Virus record (IMG/VR): IMGVR_UViG_3300031867_004305
Coordinates: 64,001-128,000 of that record
Source: a virus
Lineage: Duplodnaviria > Caudoviricetes
Length of the DNA: 64,000 nucleotides
Strand: one strand, 5' to 3'
Positions 1 to 9,547 of the stretch are shown piece after piece. Numbering within the stretch: the stretch's first letter is position 1; the number at the start of each line of letters is the position of its first letter. The notes below the pieces were generated by a model. That model was not told where the DNA came from. It ran no database searches and saw only the letters and a program-made list of their open reading frames with translations. A program made the position numbers and the translations under genes.

Positions 1-37
1 GCCGGGAGTTTGACTATCTTTGACCTTTGACTTTCAT

Positions 38-317
38 CATAGTAAAGTAGTAGCATAGTAGCATGGTAAAGTAATAGCATAGCATCATAATAAAGTGGCA
101 CCATAGTAGTATAACATCATAGTAAAGTAGTAGTATGATAACATGATAGCATAGTAAAGTGATAATATAGCATCATAGTAAAGTGGTAGCATGGTAGTAT
201 GATAAAGTGGTAGCATAGTAAAGTGGCAGTATGGTAAAGTGGCAACATAATAAAGTGATAGCATAGTAGCATAGTAAAGTGGCACCACTTTACCATGATA
301 AAGTGGTAGTATAGTGA
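38..317. repeat. Degenerate 8-bp-period tandem array (~35 units, mostly nnTRRYAn; e.g. CATAGTAA, AGTGGTAG)
   Basis: Sequence parses cleanly into consecutive 8-mers; related units recur at 14533-14572. Confidence 0.9.
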
Positions 318-330
318 TAACAAGCCGGCC

Positions 331-372
331 AGTTAGTTTAGACTAACTAACAAGAGTTAGTTATAACTAACT
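331..372. promoter_or_regulatory. Tandem pair of 18-bp palindromic operator-like sites AGTTAG-N6-CTAACT
   Basis: 331-348 and 355-372; further copies at 484, 3700, 5337, 10960, 14405, 14424. Confidence 0.7.
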
Positions 373-660
373 ATGGGGTCCCCCGTATATTATACCACAT
401 CAATGTTAACTGCGTATTATCCTCATATTAAAAGTATATGAAGTTTTTTGTTAAGAATAGGTTAAGAAATGATCCGGCCCGCGAGTTAGTTTAAACTAAC
501 TAATCAACTGGTGGTTGCACAACCTGGAGTAGAATCAACCTGGAGTAGCAAATTCTACCATAGGTTGAATCTCACAACTTTACATGGATTTAATCAAAAA
601 ATGCTTACCAGTTAACATTGATCTGTTATAATGTATACAGTTGAAAGAGAGGTGCTTGAA

Positions 661-1128
661 ATGAAGATGACCCGCGAAATTAACCTGACTTACACCTACG
701 ACGCCACGCGTAAGGGAGCCAAGTACAGTATCAACGGAGGCGAAAGCTGGCTCAATGGTGGCGAGTTCGCGGAAGCTGTCGCCAAGGCACTCCACGGGCT
801 GGATCCCCGGAAGGACGCTAACACCCGCTTCGACGAAGGCTCCGACGTGCCCGAGTTCCACGCGAGCGTCAAGAGCTCCAAGGCGAGCCTGACCAACATG
901 AAGCTGGCTGACAGCTTCGAGGCAAGCCTGACTGCCTACTTCGAGCAGGTGGCAAGCTCCGAGTTCTGGTACGTGACTACCACCGACGAGCTGGCTACCA
1001 TCTACAAGATGAACGCCACGAAGTTCGAGCGGTTCCTGCGGAAGTTCGCTAAGCTCAACGAGCGTGGGGTCATCCGGATCGCGGCCACCAGCTCCAAGAT
1101 GCTGGCATGGTTGGACGCCAACGCCTAA
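661..1128 (+). CDS. Hypothetical protein (GC3-rich, possibly PD-(D/E)xK-like)
   Basis: ORF with GAGAGGTG RBS, TGnTATAAT upstream, hairpin across stop; SD...SVK motif only weakly suggestive. Confidence 0.75.
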   Translation: MKMTREINLTYTYDATRKGAKYSINGGESWLNGGEFAEAVAKALHGLDPRKDANTRFDEGSDVPEFHASVKSSKASLTNMKLADSFEASLTAYFEQVASSEFWYVTTTDELATIYKMNATKFERFLRKFAKLNERGVIRIAATSSKMLAWLDANA

Positions 1129-1174
1129 CGGCGAGCGTCCAACCACCTGGCTGGGAAATTAACAAAACCTTAAC

Positions 1175-1203
1175 TTGACAAGCTACGCCAGCTGTGATAT
1201 AAT
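1175..1203 (+). promoter_or_regulatory. Sigma-A promoter TTGACA-N17-TATAAT with extended TG (representative of ~35-40 in the array)
   Basis: Consensus match; similar at 1432, 1668, 2159, 2402, 2761, 3163, 3433, 3841, 4389, 4596, 6648, 6740, 6914, 7457, 8274, 8637, 8855, 9490, 9685, 10247, 10349, 10449, 11053, 11191, 11370, 11915, 12238, 12468, 12952 and on the minus strand near 5770, 5875, 6540, 13912. Confidence 0.9.
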
Positions 1204-1228
1204 GAGTACAACGAAAGGCAAGGAGGAA

Positions 1229-1375
1229 ATGAGAATGAAGATGTGGCTGGTTGACTACCGCGGCACCGACGGTGCCACCTACACCCGCAGGATGTCCTGC
1301 GAGGTCCTGGAGCTCCTGGAGGAGCTTGGGCCCCAATACGGGGTTGAGGTCTTGGGAGCTATTGAGCTTCCTTGA
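1229..1375 (+). CDS. Small hypothetical protein
   Basis: AAGGAGG RBS then ATG; own promoter. Confidence 0.75.
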   Translation: MRMKMWLVDYRGTDGATYTRRMSCEVLELLEELGPQYGVEVLGAIELP

Positions 1376-1489
1376 CCTCAAGGTATAAAACGAAAGCAAT
1401 TAACCAAATACAAATTTCACTAAAACTTAACTTGACAACTGAATAAATCCATGATATAATAAGTCCATCAAAGGAAAGGAGAAAACAAA

Positions 1490-1615
1490 ATGTTTGAGAT
1501 TTACAAGATCAGCACTGACAGGATTATCCTGTCTGGTCTCTCCCTGCGTGAGGCGCAGGCTCTCCGCCTGACTTGGGCGGATCGGGCGGACTTGATTGTC
1601 CGCCCCATGGCCTAA
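1490..1615 (+). CDS. 41-aa hypothetical protein (not in ORF track)
   Basis: Promoter 1432, AAAGGAG RBS, MFEIYKISTDRIILSG...RPMA*. Confidence 0.7.
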   Translation: MFEIYKISTDRIILSGLSLREAQALRLTWADRADLIVRPMA

Positions 1616-1728
1616 CGGAGAGCATAGGCTCTCCGCTGGCCGGCCCGTTTATTAACAAACTCTTAACTTGACAATTCTCTTTTTAAGTATTATAATATAT
1701 ACAGAAAGTAAGGAAAGAGGTAATCAAA

Positions 1729-2100
1729 ATGTTGTTCGGACGTAAAAAGAGGATGCTTAAGCGTGAACGCGAAATGTATTGGGAGTGTTCTGGTGAATGG
1801 TACTTTCGCGTGGAATACCATGAGGATTTCGCTCCCACGCCTTCTTACATGTACTTTGAAAGTTTGCGAGACGCAGAATATTGGGCAAAGACTGATCGCC
1901 GTGCTTCTTTCATTCTGTGTGTAACTGACAGACAGGGCAACAGGATTATAACTGACTGGACTGGTTATACTGGTGCTGGTACTGTTAATATGTGGACTAA
2001 TATAATGGGGCGTCAAGTTCTTGACTTGCGAAAAGACCATAATGAGTTGTGGGTATCCAACAACAGTCCTCGTGCCAAAGAAGTAAAACAGGGATTGTAA
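1729..2100 (+). CDS. Hypothetical protein
   Basis: Promoter, GAGGT RBS, hairpin across stop. Confidence 0.8.
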   Translation: MLFGRKKRMLKREREMYWECSGEWYFRVEYHEDFAPTPSYMYFESLRDAEYWAKTDRRASFILCVTDRQGNRIITDWTGYTGAGTVNMWTNIMGRQVLDLRKDHNELWVSNNSPRAKEVKQGL

Positions 2101-2212
2101 AATCCCTGTTAATTTACTGGCCGGCCCGCAACTTAACATACTCTTAACACAAAACCTATTGACTTTCCTGGCTCAATGGTGTATACTAGTATCAGAAAGT
2201 GAGGGAAAGAAA

Positions 2213-2389
2213 ATGAAGTTTTTGATGATTCCTTATGTGTTAGTTGCTTGCCTGTTTGGTTTCTTTGGTATTCTCCATGCGAATGATGTTGATGAAAATG
2301 ACTACTTCAAAGTTAATTGGCGTATGATTGTTTTCCTTATTATGATGATGTTGTCACCCATTCCAGCTAAGATCTTTGGTTTGCTTTAA
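2213..2389 (+). CDS. Small two-TM membrane protein
   Basis: Two hydrophobic stretches; similar C-end (P..AK..GL) to 8692-8847. Confidence 0.75.
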   Translation: MKFLMIPYVLVACLFGFFGILHANDVDENDYFKVNWRMIVFLIMMMLSPIPAKIFGLL

Positions 2390-2461
2390 CAAAAACTTAA
2401 CTTGACAACCACCAACCAATCTGCTATAATAAATACAGAAAGAGCGAAGGGAGTAATTCAA

Positions 2462-2713
2462 ATGAAGTTCTACATGGTCATGTGTCACAGAGGTCATTGC
2501 GGAGTGGGTCACAGCACTGAAATCAAGTTCGCAATCGCGGCGAACAATCTGCTCGAAGCGTGTGACAGGGCAAAGCGGATGCCGAGCGTGAAGCATACGC
2601 GAATGGCAATCTACGGCAAGGAAATCACCGAGGAAGAATATAGAGAGTATCGCTCCATTAGTGCTTACGAACGCTTCAATCAGAGCCAGCACAAATCTCA
2701 ACGCAGACGTTAA
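2462..2713 (+). CDS. Hypothetical protein (His/Cys motif CHRGHCG)
   Basis: Promoter 2402, GGGAG RBS, hairpin across stop. Confidence 0.8.
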   Translation: MKFYMVMCHRGHCGVGHSTEIKFAIAANNLLEACDRAKRMPSVKHTRMAIYGKEITEEEYREYRSISAYERFNQSQHKSQRRR

Positions 2714-2836
2714 GTCTGCGTTAACTTTCTGGCCGGGCATCAACTTAACATAGAATTAACTTGACTTCTTACAAAATCTATGCTATACTATATACAACAA
2801 GTGAAGGAAACACTTTAAAACCAGGAAGGTAAGAAA

Positions 2837-3100
2837 ATGAAGAAGATTATTACTATTGCTTTGATTATCACTCTGTGCTTGACTCTCACCGCGTGCCAAA
2901 TTGGCAATCGCAAAATCGGTTTCGACACTACGCAAACTTTCCGTTGGGCTATTGTTCAATTGGGCAACGGTGAACTGATTGAAGGTTCTGTAGATTCTTG
3001 GCGAGACTTTGACAACTCTGACACTATTCAAGTTACTATTAATGGCATTACTTACTTAACTCACTATAGTAATGTCATCCTAACGACCGAGAAGCCTTAA
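2837..3100 (+). CDS. Putative lipoprotein
   Basis: MKK + hydrophobic stretch + LTAC lipobox. Confidence 0.8.
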   Translation: MKKIITIALIITLCLTLTACQIGNRKIGFDTTQTFRWAIVQLGNGELIEGSVDSWRDFDNSDTIQVTINGITYLTHYSNVILTTEKP

Positions 3101-3197
3101 TAGCTTCTCGGTTATATTTATGTTAAATTCGCAGCCGGCCCGTGACTTAACAAACAATTAACTTGACTTCGCATCAAAAATATGCTATTATATATAT

Positions 3198-3363
3198 GTC
3201 GAAAGGAAAGAGGGAGTGATTCCATTGGGTTAGAGTAAGGGGCAACAGACCACTTGGCGGTGGAGAACTGACCTCACGATTACATGAAAACCGTTCCCCA
3301 TTAACCTTGGGCAAGTTAATGATGTTTGAAGCCTACCGCGAGAGACTGATCAACTCTCGCGGT
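3198..3363 (+). ncRNA. Promoter-driven transcript lacking an intact ORF (ncRNA or frameshifted micro-gene)
   Basis: Promoter 3163-3191; terminal hairpin ACCGCGAGAG/CTCTCGCGGT; RBS followed by TTG-GGT-TAG. Confidence 0.4.
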
Positions 3364-3496
3364 TTGTTATTTTAATGTTAATTTTCTGGCCGGCCAGAAA
3401 TGTTAATTCTATGTTAACTATCCTAAAAACACTTGACATTTTATTTTACTTATGATATAATAATTACAGAAAACAAACGAGAGGAGACATCCTAAA

Positions 3497-3646
3497 ATGA
3501 CAAAGCACAATTTCATTTCTACATGGGAAGATCTGAGCGATCAGGAACAAGTTTACATGTGGTGGGAATATAACGCGGCGAACCCTAATGAGGAAATTTC
3601 ATTTTCTGAGTTCGATGAAATGATGGCGGGATTCACTTTCGAGTGA
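3497..3646 (+). CDS. 49-aa acidic hypothetical protein (not in ORF track)
   Basis: Promoter 3433, GAGGAG RBS, MTKHNFISTWED...FTFE*, hairpin across stop. Confidence 0.75.
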   Translation: MTKHNFISTWEDLSDQEQVYMWWEYNAANPNEEISFSEFDEMMAGFTFE

Positions 3647-3900
3647 ATCCCATTTCATTTTAATTTTTAATTTAATGTTAAGGTACTGGTCGGCCAGCGA
3701 GTTAGTCATAACTAACCCACCTCTTTTTTATTTATTATACCATTCCAATTTCATTTTCGCAAGCACAATAATGTTAATTTCATTTTAAATTTTCACCCGG
3801 CCCGAAATGTTAAATCCAGGTTAAATCATCCTTTAACCTCTTGACTTTTGCCGTCGCCTGCTGTATAATATATACAGAAAGAGGAAAGGAAGTAAACAAA

Positions 3901-4341
3901 ATGAAGCAGACGATCTGGTTTGACATGGACGGCACTATCGCGAACCTCTACGGCGTGGAAAATTGGCTCCCGATGCTGATTGACAGCAATCCCGCTCCCT
4001 ACAAGCTGGCGACTCCGCTGGTCAACATGAACAAGTTGGCGCGGACGCTGAACAAGCTCCAGCGAGCTGGCTACAAGCTCGGTATCATCAGCTGGCTGAG
4101 CAAGTCCAGCACTCCCGAATATGACAAAGCTGTGACCGCCGCGAAGCTATGGTGGCTCCGCAAGCACCTTAACTCGGTAAAGTGGGATGCGGTTAACATC
4201 GTCGCCTATGGTCGCAACAAATGGGACGTGTGCGGTGAAGGAATCCTGTTTGATGACGAAAAACCGAACCGTGACAATTGGGGCGGTGAAGCCTTCCACC
4301 CTGACGAAATGATGAAAGTTCTGTCGAGCCTGACCGCTTGA
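3901..4341 (+). CDS. HAD-superfamily phosphatase (5'-nucleotidase/deoxyribonucleotidase-like)
   Basis: FDMDGT motif I and ILFDD motif IV. Confidence 0.8.
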   Translation: MKQTIWFDMDGTIANLYGVENWLPMLIDSNPAPYKLATPLVNMNKLARTLNKLQRAGYKLGIISWLSKSSTPEYDKAVTAAKLWWLRKHLNSVKWDAVNIVAYGRNKWDVCGEGILFDDEKPNRDNWGGEAFHPDEMMKVLSSLTA

Positions 4342-4441
4342 CAGAACTTTAACATTCGGCCCAGCCCGCAATTTAACACATAATTAACTTGACTTCATAC
4401 ATAATTTTTGCTATACTATATACAGAAAGAGGGAATGAAAG

Positions 4442-4594
4442 ATGAATGAACTTGATAACATTCGTGTGTGGATTATGCGTCAACCTGCTTCTCCCGCAAT
4501 TCGCACAATGCGACTTCACCTATTCGATCTCTATCGTTATGGCGAAGAATACGAAAAGATTTACCAAATGGTAGAAGAACTAACAAATAATTAA
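4442..4594 (+). CDS. 50-aa hypothetical protein (not in ORF track)
   Basis: Promoter 4389, GAGGG RBS; stop lies in the TTAAC box of the next cassette. Confidence 0.65.
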   Translation: MNELDNIRVWIMRQPASPAIRTMRLHLFDLYRYGEEYEKIYQMVEELTNN

Positions 4595-4672
4595 CTTGAC
4601 ATCCTCTCCAAACTCTGCTATAATAAGTACATAAGAGAAGGAAAACTCTTCCAAACCAGAAAGGGAAACAAC

Positions 4673-4996
4673 ATGACTAAGATGGAGATTCGCACCAACG
4701 TTAAGACCGCCGTTGCCGAGCAGTTTACTGAGTTTTTCGCCAACGCAATCCAGATCGACGACTTCACCTATGTGATCCCGATGGGAACCGCTGAGGATAA
4801 TGGTCGTCCGCTGTTCGCCAAGGTTGAGATTTCCTGTCCCAACTGGTACGCGACCGCCAAGACTGAGCCCTTCAACATCGACGCCAAGGTGGAGGCGTAT
4901 AACGCCGAGCTTGCCGAGCGTGCGGAGAAGGCCGCGGAAAAGGTACGCAAGGCCGCGGAAAAGGAAGCCAAGCGTAAGGAGAAGGAAGGGGAGTAA
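4673..4996 (+). CDS. Hypothetical protein, paralog family A (K/E/A-rich C-terminal helix)
   Basis: AAACCAGAAAGG leader; resembles 5374, 9763, 12547. Confidence 0.85.
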   Translation: MTKMEIRTNVKTAVAEQFTEFFANAIQIDDFTYVIPMGTAEDNGRPLFAKVEISCPNWYATAKTEPFNIDAKVEAYNAELAERAEKAAEKVRKAAEKEAKRKEKEGE

Positions 4997-5058
4997 CCCC
5001 TTCCTTCTTTTGTTATATCTGTGTTAAAAATCGGGCCGGGCTCCCGCTTAACATTTTC

Positions 5059-5232
5059 TTAATGAAAGAATGCGGGAAAGAAAATCAAAGCACCAAGAAT
5101 AATAATAGCAGTAGCTATATCAATAGTGATATTACGAGTATTAGTGTACATTTTTACAATGTCTTTCCACGTCAGACGATAGAACCACATCCGCACTTTG
5201 TAACCAGTAGTATTTCGCACATTTCGTTTCAT
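5059..5232 (-). CDS. Small membrane protein (inverted cassette)
   Basis: GAGGT RBS on minus strand, C-terminal TM helix. Confidence 0.65.
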   Translation of the reverse strand: MKRNVRNTTGYKVRMWFYRLTWKDIVKMYTNTRNITIDIATAIIILGALIFFPAFFH

Positions 5233-5373
5233 ATTGCTTACCTCACTTTCTATAAATAGTATAGCATATTTTATCCTTAAAAGCAATGACTTAAAGTTTT
5301 TTATATTATGACAAAATTATGCCAATCACCCGGCCCGGTTAGTCATAACTAACTGCCAATCAAAAAAGGAGGC

Positions 5374-5697
5374 TTACGCCTCCTCCTTCTTTGCCTTAGC
5401 CTTGGCTACCTTGGTAGCCTTTTCGGCATCCTTGATAGCCTTGGCATCAGCCTTGATCTTCTTCTCAGCTTCCCACTCTTCCGCGACCTCATAGGGGTCG
5501 AACGCCTTAGACACCTTGGTGTCCTTGTACGCCTTGGACTTGACGGTGACTTCCGTCCAAACTTCCTGACCGTCAACAGTCTGGAGGATGGCGAAAGACG
5601 CATCCGCGAACTTGACAGCCTCGTTCTCCATCAGGGCAGGCATGATAGCTTCGATGGTCATCTGACGAGCGGTGGACTTGATCTCATTAGCGTTCAT
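5374..5697 (-). CDS. Hypothetical protein, paralog family A (inverted cassette)
   Basis: AAACCAGAAAGG leader and promoter on minus strand, K/A-rich tail. Confidence 0.85.
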   Translation of the reverse strand: MNANEIKSTARQMTIEAIMPALMENEAVKFADASFAILQTVDGQEVWTEVTVKSKAYKDTKVSKAFDPYEVAEEWEAEKKIKADAKAIKDAEKATKVAKAKAKKEEA

Positions 5698-5790
5698 ATT
5701 ATTCCCTTTCTGGTTTTTGAGCCTTTTCCTTGGCTTCTGTAATTATTATAGCAGATTCAGCGACGCTTGTCAAGTTAATTCTTTATTAAC

Positions 5791-5845
5791 TTTGGCTCTG
5801 TCCCCAGTGCCCAACTCACGCCGTCCTTACCTCTGCCCTTGGAAC
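5791..5845 (-). ncRNA. Candidate small RNA
   Basis: Minus-strand promoter TTGACT(5880)-N17-TATAAT with no ORF before the next promoter at ~5770. Confidence 0.4.
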
Positions 5846-5948
5846 AATTATATTATAGCAGAATTTCCGCCAGGAGTCAAGCACTTTACAAAAACTTAAC
5901 AATCGCGGGCCGGCCAGAGAGTTAACATAGAAATAACAAAGAAACCGC

Positions 5949-6485
5949 TTACGCGGTTTCTTCATCTTCACATTCTTCAATGTAAGCATAATCTACAATC
6001 ACAGGTTGATGATGTCTAATGCCCCAATTCCAATCATGAAAATCAGTTAAACCAATACTTCTAATCCAACTCAATTCATCATAAGAGAGCATTTGTTCAA
6101 ATGTATATTTGTGACAATTAGGGCCTATTGCCTTGATACGCGGCATAATAGAAAAGATATAACCGCGATAGGTTATAAGCGTAGTTTCCGCGAACAGATA
6201 TTCATAACCAGCATCGCAAGCCATTTTATAAACCGCCGCTTCACGTTCACAGCCACCAATGTCCGCAACACATTCCGCATCATAATCCCACTTAATGACA
6301 TAATCAGAAGTAAGAAGGGCAATACGTGCGGAACCAGCTTCTGAAGAAACACGCCGCGAAGGATGATCGCAAATATAGCGACCTACTGCCTGTTTTACAT
6401 CCCATTCGGAAAACAGGTTATTTTCGATATAGGGAAAAATAGACTTCAAAAACTGGAAAGCACGAGTACGATAATCGGATTTCAT
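5949..6485 (-). CDS. Minimal protein-kinase-like protein (inverted cassette)
   Basis: GSAR..DYVIK, DFHDWN, IVDYA motifs; similar to 28578-29366. Confidence 0.65.
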   Translation of the reverse strand: MKSDYRTRAFQFLKSIFPYIENNLFSEWDVKQAVGRYICDHPSRRVSSEAGSARIALLTSDYVIKWDYDAECVADIGGCEREAAVYKMACDAGYEYLFAETTLITYRGYIFSIMPRIKAIGPNCHKYTFEQMLSYDELSWIRSIGLTDFHDWNWGIRHHQPVIVDYAYIEECEDEETA

Positions 6486-6683
6486 TTTATTTGCTCCCTT
6501 CGCTTTTCTATATATAGTATATACCAGTATGCTTATAATGTCAAGTTAATTTTATGTTAAGTTTCGGGCCGGGTGATTGTTAATTTCATTTTAAGTTATT
6601 ACCCGGCCCGCCAATGTTAAATCCAGGTTAACTTTCCCATTAAGCACTTGACATTTCATTCAGATTCTGCTATACTATATACA

Positions 6684-6723
6684 GTTGAGGGCGAGGGAAA
6701 CACTTCCCAAAACCCGAGACAAC
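6684..6723 (+). ncRNA. Candidate small RNA 1 of module 1
   Basis: Promoter 6648-6676; GTTG...CAAC ends, internal GGGAA/TTCCC hairpin; no ORF. Confidence 0.45.
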
Positions 6724-6773
6724 TTCACGAAATCTTAACTTGACAAGGTTGGGAAATCGTGATATAATGAGGA

Positions 6774-6903
6774 TGTTGAGAGGACAAGAGCCAACTTGAA
6801 TAAAAATGGCCACAAACAGACTGCCAAGTAGAGAACGGGATTTATGAGCGTACACCTTTGGTTAAGGCACTGTTATTGTCTCCCGAAATAAAAACTCTCA
6901 ACA
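6774..6903 (+). ncRNA. Candidate small RNA 2 of module 1
   Basis: Promoter 6740-6768; 9-bp closing stem TGTTGAGAG/CTCTCAACA; no credible ORF. Confidence 0.55.
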
Positions 6904-6993
6904 AACTCTTAACTTGACATTATACCAAATCTGTGGTATAATAAATACATCAAAGGGAAGGAAAACCCACCAAACCAGAAAGGACAAAACACT

Positions 6994-7329
6994 ATGAAGA
7001 AGAACACCATCACCGCTCTGTACAACTACTTCGTGAACTCCGACGACACCATCGACCTGTCCGCTGTGGTTGAGGACATTCGTGCTGAGTATGAGCGTAC
7101 CACCGCGAAGTCTCAGGAGAAGGCTAACGCCTACGATACCGCGAAGCCCATCGTGTTCGGCGTCATGACTGAGCCGATGACGGTCAAGGAGATTTTCGCC
7201 AAGTGCGAGAACGACCTGCCCGATGGCTTCACCTCGCACAAGATCCAATATGCTTTGCTGAACTACTGGTGCGACGAGGTTGCCAAGATTGACAACGGCA
7301 AGGCTCCCTTCACCTACATGGTGAAGTGA
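6994..7329 (+). CDS. Winged-helix-like protein, paralog family B
   Basis: MTVKEIF...DGFTSHKIQYAL...KAPFTY; similar to 10528 and 11451. Confidence 0.8.
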   Translation: MKKNTITALYNYFVNSDDTIDLSAVVEDIRAEYERTTAKSQEKANAYDTAKPIVFGVMTEPMTVKEIFAKCENDLPDGFTSHKIQYALLNYWCDEVAKIDNGKAPFTYMVK

Positions 7330-7333
7330 GACT

Positions 7334-7360
7334 AAACCGCCCTTCGGGGCGGTTTTCTTT
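7334..7360 (+). terminator. Intrinsic terminator
   Basis: AAACCGCCC-TTCG-GGGCGGTTTT. Confidence 0.85.
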
Positions 7361-7517
7361 TACATTTCATTCTGTTAAGTTTTCGTTAATTTTCGGGCCG
7401 GGCGTGGAGTTAACAATCATTTAACTTGCCCGGCCGCGAGTTAACACAATCTTAACTTGACTTTTATTCCTGGCGAATGTATAATAGATACAGAAATTAG
7501 GAAAGGAACTAAACAAA

Positions 7518-8228
7518 ATGATTCTTAACATCACTGACCGTTACATTCTGATTCTGGACGTTGAAACCGCAAACGACACCATCGACGCTATTGTCTATGA
7601 CATTGGCTTCATGTTGGTTGACCTTTACACAAACGCAATCTGTGAGCAGGGTTCTTTCGTAATTCGTGACACTTTCGTTTATGAACGCGAACTCGTAAAG
7701 GTTGCCTACTACGGCGATAAGATTCCTGAATACGTCGCAGACATTCAGCAGGGAAAGCGTCAAATGATTGACTTTTTGACGGCAAGGCGTCATATTCTTA
7801 ACTTGATGGAAAAGTATGATTGCCATACGGTTGGGGCGTACAATTGTAACTTTGACCGCAACGCTCTTAACACAACTCTCCGTTTCTTAACGAAATCTAA
7901 ATATCGCTACTTCTTCCCTTACTCTACTAATTTTGTGTGTATTTGGAATATGGCTTGCGATACCATCTGTCAGACAAGCGAATATAAAACGTTTGCCGAG
8001 ACTAACCGCCATTATTCCAATCATGGCAAAAATTATCGTGCCACCGCAGAGGTTGTTTACTCATTCTTAACAAATAACCCTGACTTCCACGAGGAACACA
8101 AAGGTTACGATGATGTTAAGATTGAAAAGGAAATTATGGAAAAGTGTCTGGAATATGACAAGAACTTTAAGGGAATAAAAAGAAACTGTTGGCAAAAAGT
8201 CAAACGGGGAGCACTCGCTCTCCGTTAA
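7518..8228 (+). CDS. DEDDh 3'-5' exonuclease
   Basis: LDVET (ExoI), AYNCNFD (ExoII), HKGYDD (ExoIII). Confidence 0.85.
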   Translation: MILNITDRYILILDVETANDTIDAIVYDIGFMLVDLYTNAICEQGSFVIRDTFVYERELVKVAYYGDKIPEYVADIQQGKRQMIDFLTARRHILNLMEKYDCHTVGAYNCNFDRNALNTTLRFLTKSKYRYFFPYSTNFVCIWNMACDTICQTSEYKTFAETNRHYSNHGKNYRATAEVVYSFLTNNPDFHEEHKGYDDVKIEKEIMEKCLEYDKNFKGIKRNCWQKVKRGALALR

Positions 8229-8332
8229 TTTTATGTTAAGTTTCGGGCCGGCCGACCTTTACACAGAATTAACTTGACTTCTCTCTTGAATTTTGATATA
8301 CTATATATAGAAAAAGAAAGGAGATTTCAACT

Positions 8333-8587
8333 ATGACTGTTAAGGAATTGATTAAGGAACTCCAGAAAATGCCCGAAGATGCTGTTGTACTCGGCGATAT
8401 GTATCTTAATCAGTATTGCGTTATTGATACAGTTGAATATGATGACGCGACGAACACCATCTCGTTCTATGGCGAGGATACTTTTGAAGAACCTGACATT
8501 CCCGATGATGTAGACGAGACTAACTACGACCCCTACTGCGGTTGTGATATGTTTGAAATCTGCGGATCAATTGATGAGGAATGGTAA
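8333..8587 (+). CDS. Acidic hypothetical protein
   Basis: Promoter, AAAGGAG RBS; common phage MTVKELIKEL N-terminus. Confidence 0.8.
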   Translation: MTVKELIKELQKMPEDAVVLGDMYLNQYCVIDTVEYDDATNTISFYGEDTFEEPDIPDDVDETNYDPYCGCDMFEICGSIDEEW

Positions 8588-8691
8588 TTAACCATTCCTT
8601 AACATTGGCCGGCCCACCATTTAACACAATCTTAACTTGACTTCCGCGTGCGAATCGTGTATAATTATATCAGAAAGTGAGGAATGCCATT

Positions 8692-8847
8692 ATGTTAGCG
8701 TTTAGCATTATTATTTTCATTTGGGGACTGTCGGGAATTTGTGGGTTGATAAATTGTAAAAAAGAAAGGATAATTTGGGAACTCTTAATTTTTGGAATTA
8801 TGATTCCTTTTCTACCTGTTTTTGCTAAACTATGTGGTTTAATATAA
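8692..8847 (+). CDS. 51-aa two-TM membrane protein (not in ORF track)
   Basis: Promoter 8637, GAGG RBS, hydrophobic; resembles 2213-2389. Confidence 0.65.
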   Translation: MLAFSIIIFIWGLSGICGLINCKKERIIWELLIFGIMIPFLPVFAKLCGLI

Positions 8848-8908
8848 ACTTAACTTGACTTTTATTTCCCTATCTGTTATAATAATTCCAGAAAGTGAGG
8901 AAACGCAA

Positions 8909-9049
8909 ATGGAAAAGAAAAATCAGAACCGCGAAACTTGGGTCGGCTATCGCCCCTCCGTCATTCCCGCGAAGAAGAAGAACAAGAAACGCGACCGCAA
9001 AGAAGGCAAGCAGATTTGCCGTAATGCTATGAAAGGAGAAAAGGATTAA
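8909..9049 (+). CDS. Small basic protein
   Basis: Promoter 8855, GAGG RBS. Confidence 0.7.
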   Translation: MEKKNQNRETWVGYRPSVIPAKKKNKKRDRKEGKQICRNAMKGEKD

Positions 9050-9258
9050 TGAGCTTTTGGAAAAAACAAGAATATTGGTATATTATTGATGAAAAATTTT
9101 TCGGATATAACCCTTATTGGTGGGGCGGTTGTGCGGTTGATAATAATTTAAATGGAAATAATAAAGGACTATATAGAACAATATGTCGCGTAGCAAAAAA
9201 TAAAAAACGTAAATCTCGCATAATAGAAAGGAAAATAAAAAATGCGAACCAATCTTGA
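9049..9258 (+). CDS. Hypothetical protein
   Basis: Coupled TAATG start, AAGGA RBS. Confidence 0.6.
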   Translation: MSFWKKQEYWYIIDEKFFGYNPYWWGGCAVDNNLNGNNKGLYRTICRVAKNKKRKSRIIERKIKNANQS

Positions 9259-9445
9259 AATCGCCGCCGAACTTATCGCCGCGGACGTCCGTAATCTCAA
9301 TAATATTGAGGAATATTGTGGCTATCCCGATTTCAATCGGCTTGATGGTATTGAACGCGACAAACTTTCTAAAATGGTTGATGAACTATTAATCATTATC
9401 TATCGGCGGCAAAACCGCCAGCGAATGGAATGGGAGAATAGTTAG
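9242..9445 (+). CDS. Hypothetical protein
   Basis: GAAAGG RBS, hairpin across stop. Confidence 0.7.
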   Translation: MRTNLEIAAELIAADVRNLNNIEEYCGYPDFNRLDGIERDKLSKMVDELLIIIYRRQNRQRMEWENS

Positions 9446-9547
9446 TTCTCCCTAACTCCGCCCGGCCCGAGATTTAACAAACTTTTTACTTGACTTTTCC
9501 TGGATTTTGTGTTATAATAATTATAGAAAGTGAAAGGAGAAAGTCAA

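Noticed and set aside
85-323. Minus-strand ORFs 85-288 and 117-323
   Set aside because: Translations of the 8-bp tandem repeat; no RBS; low complexity.
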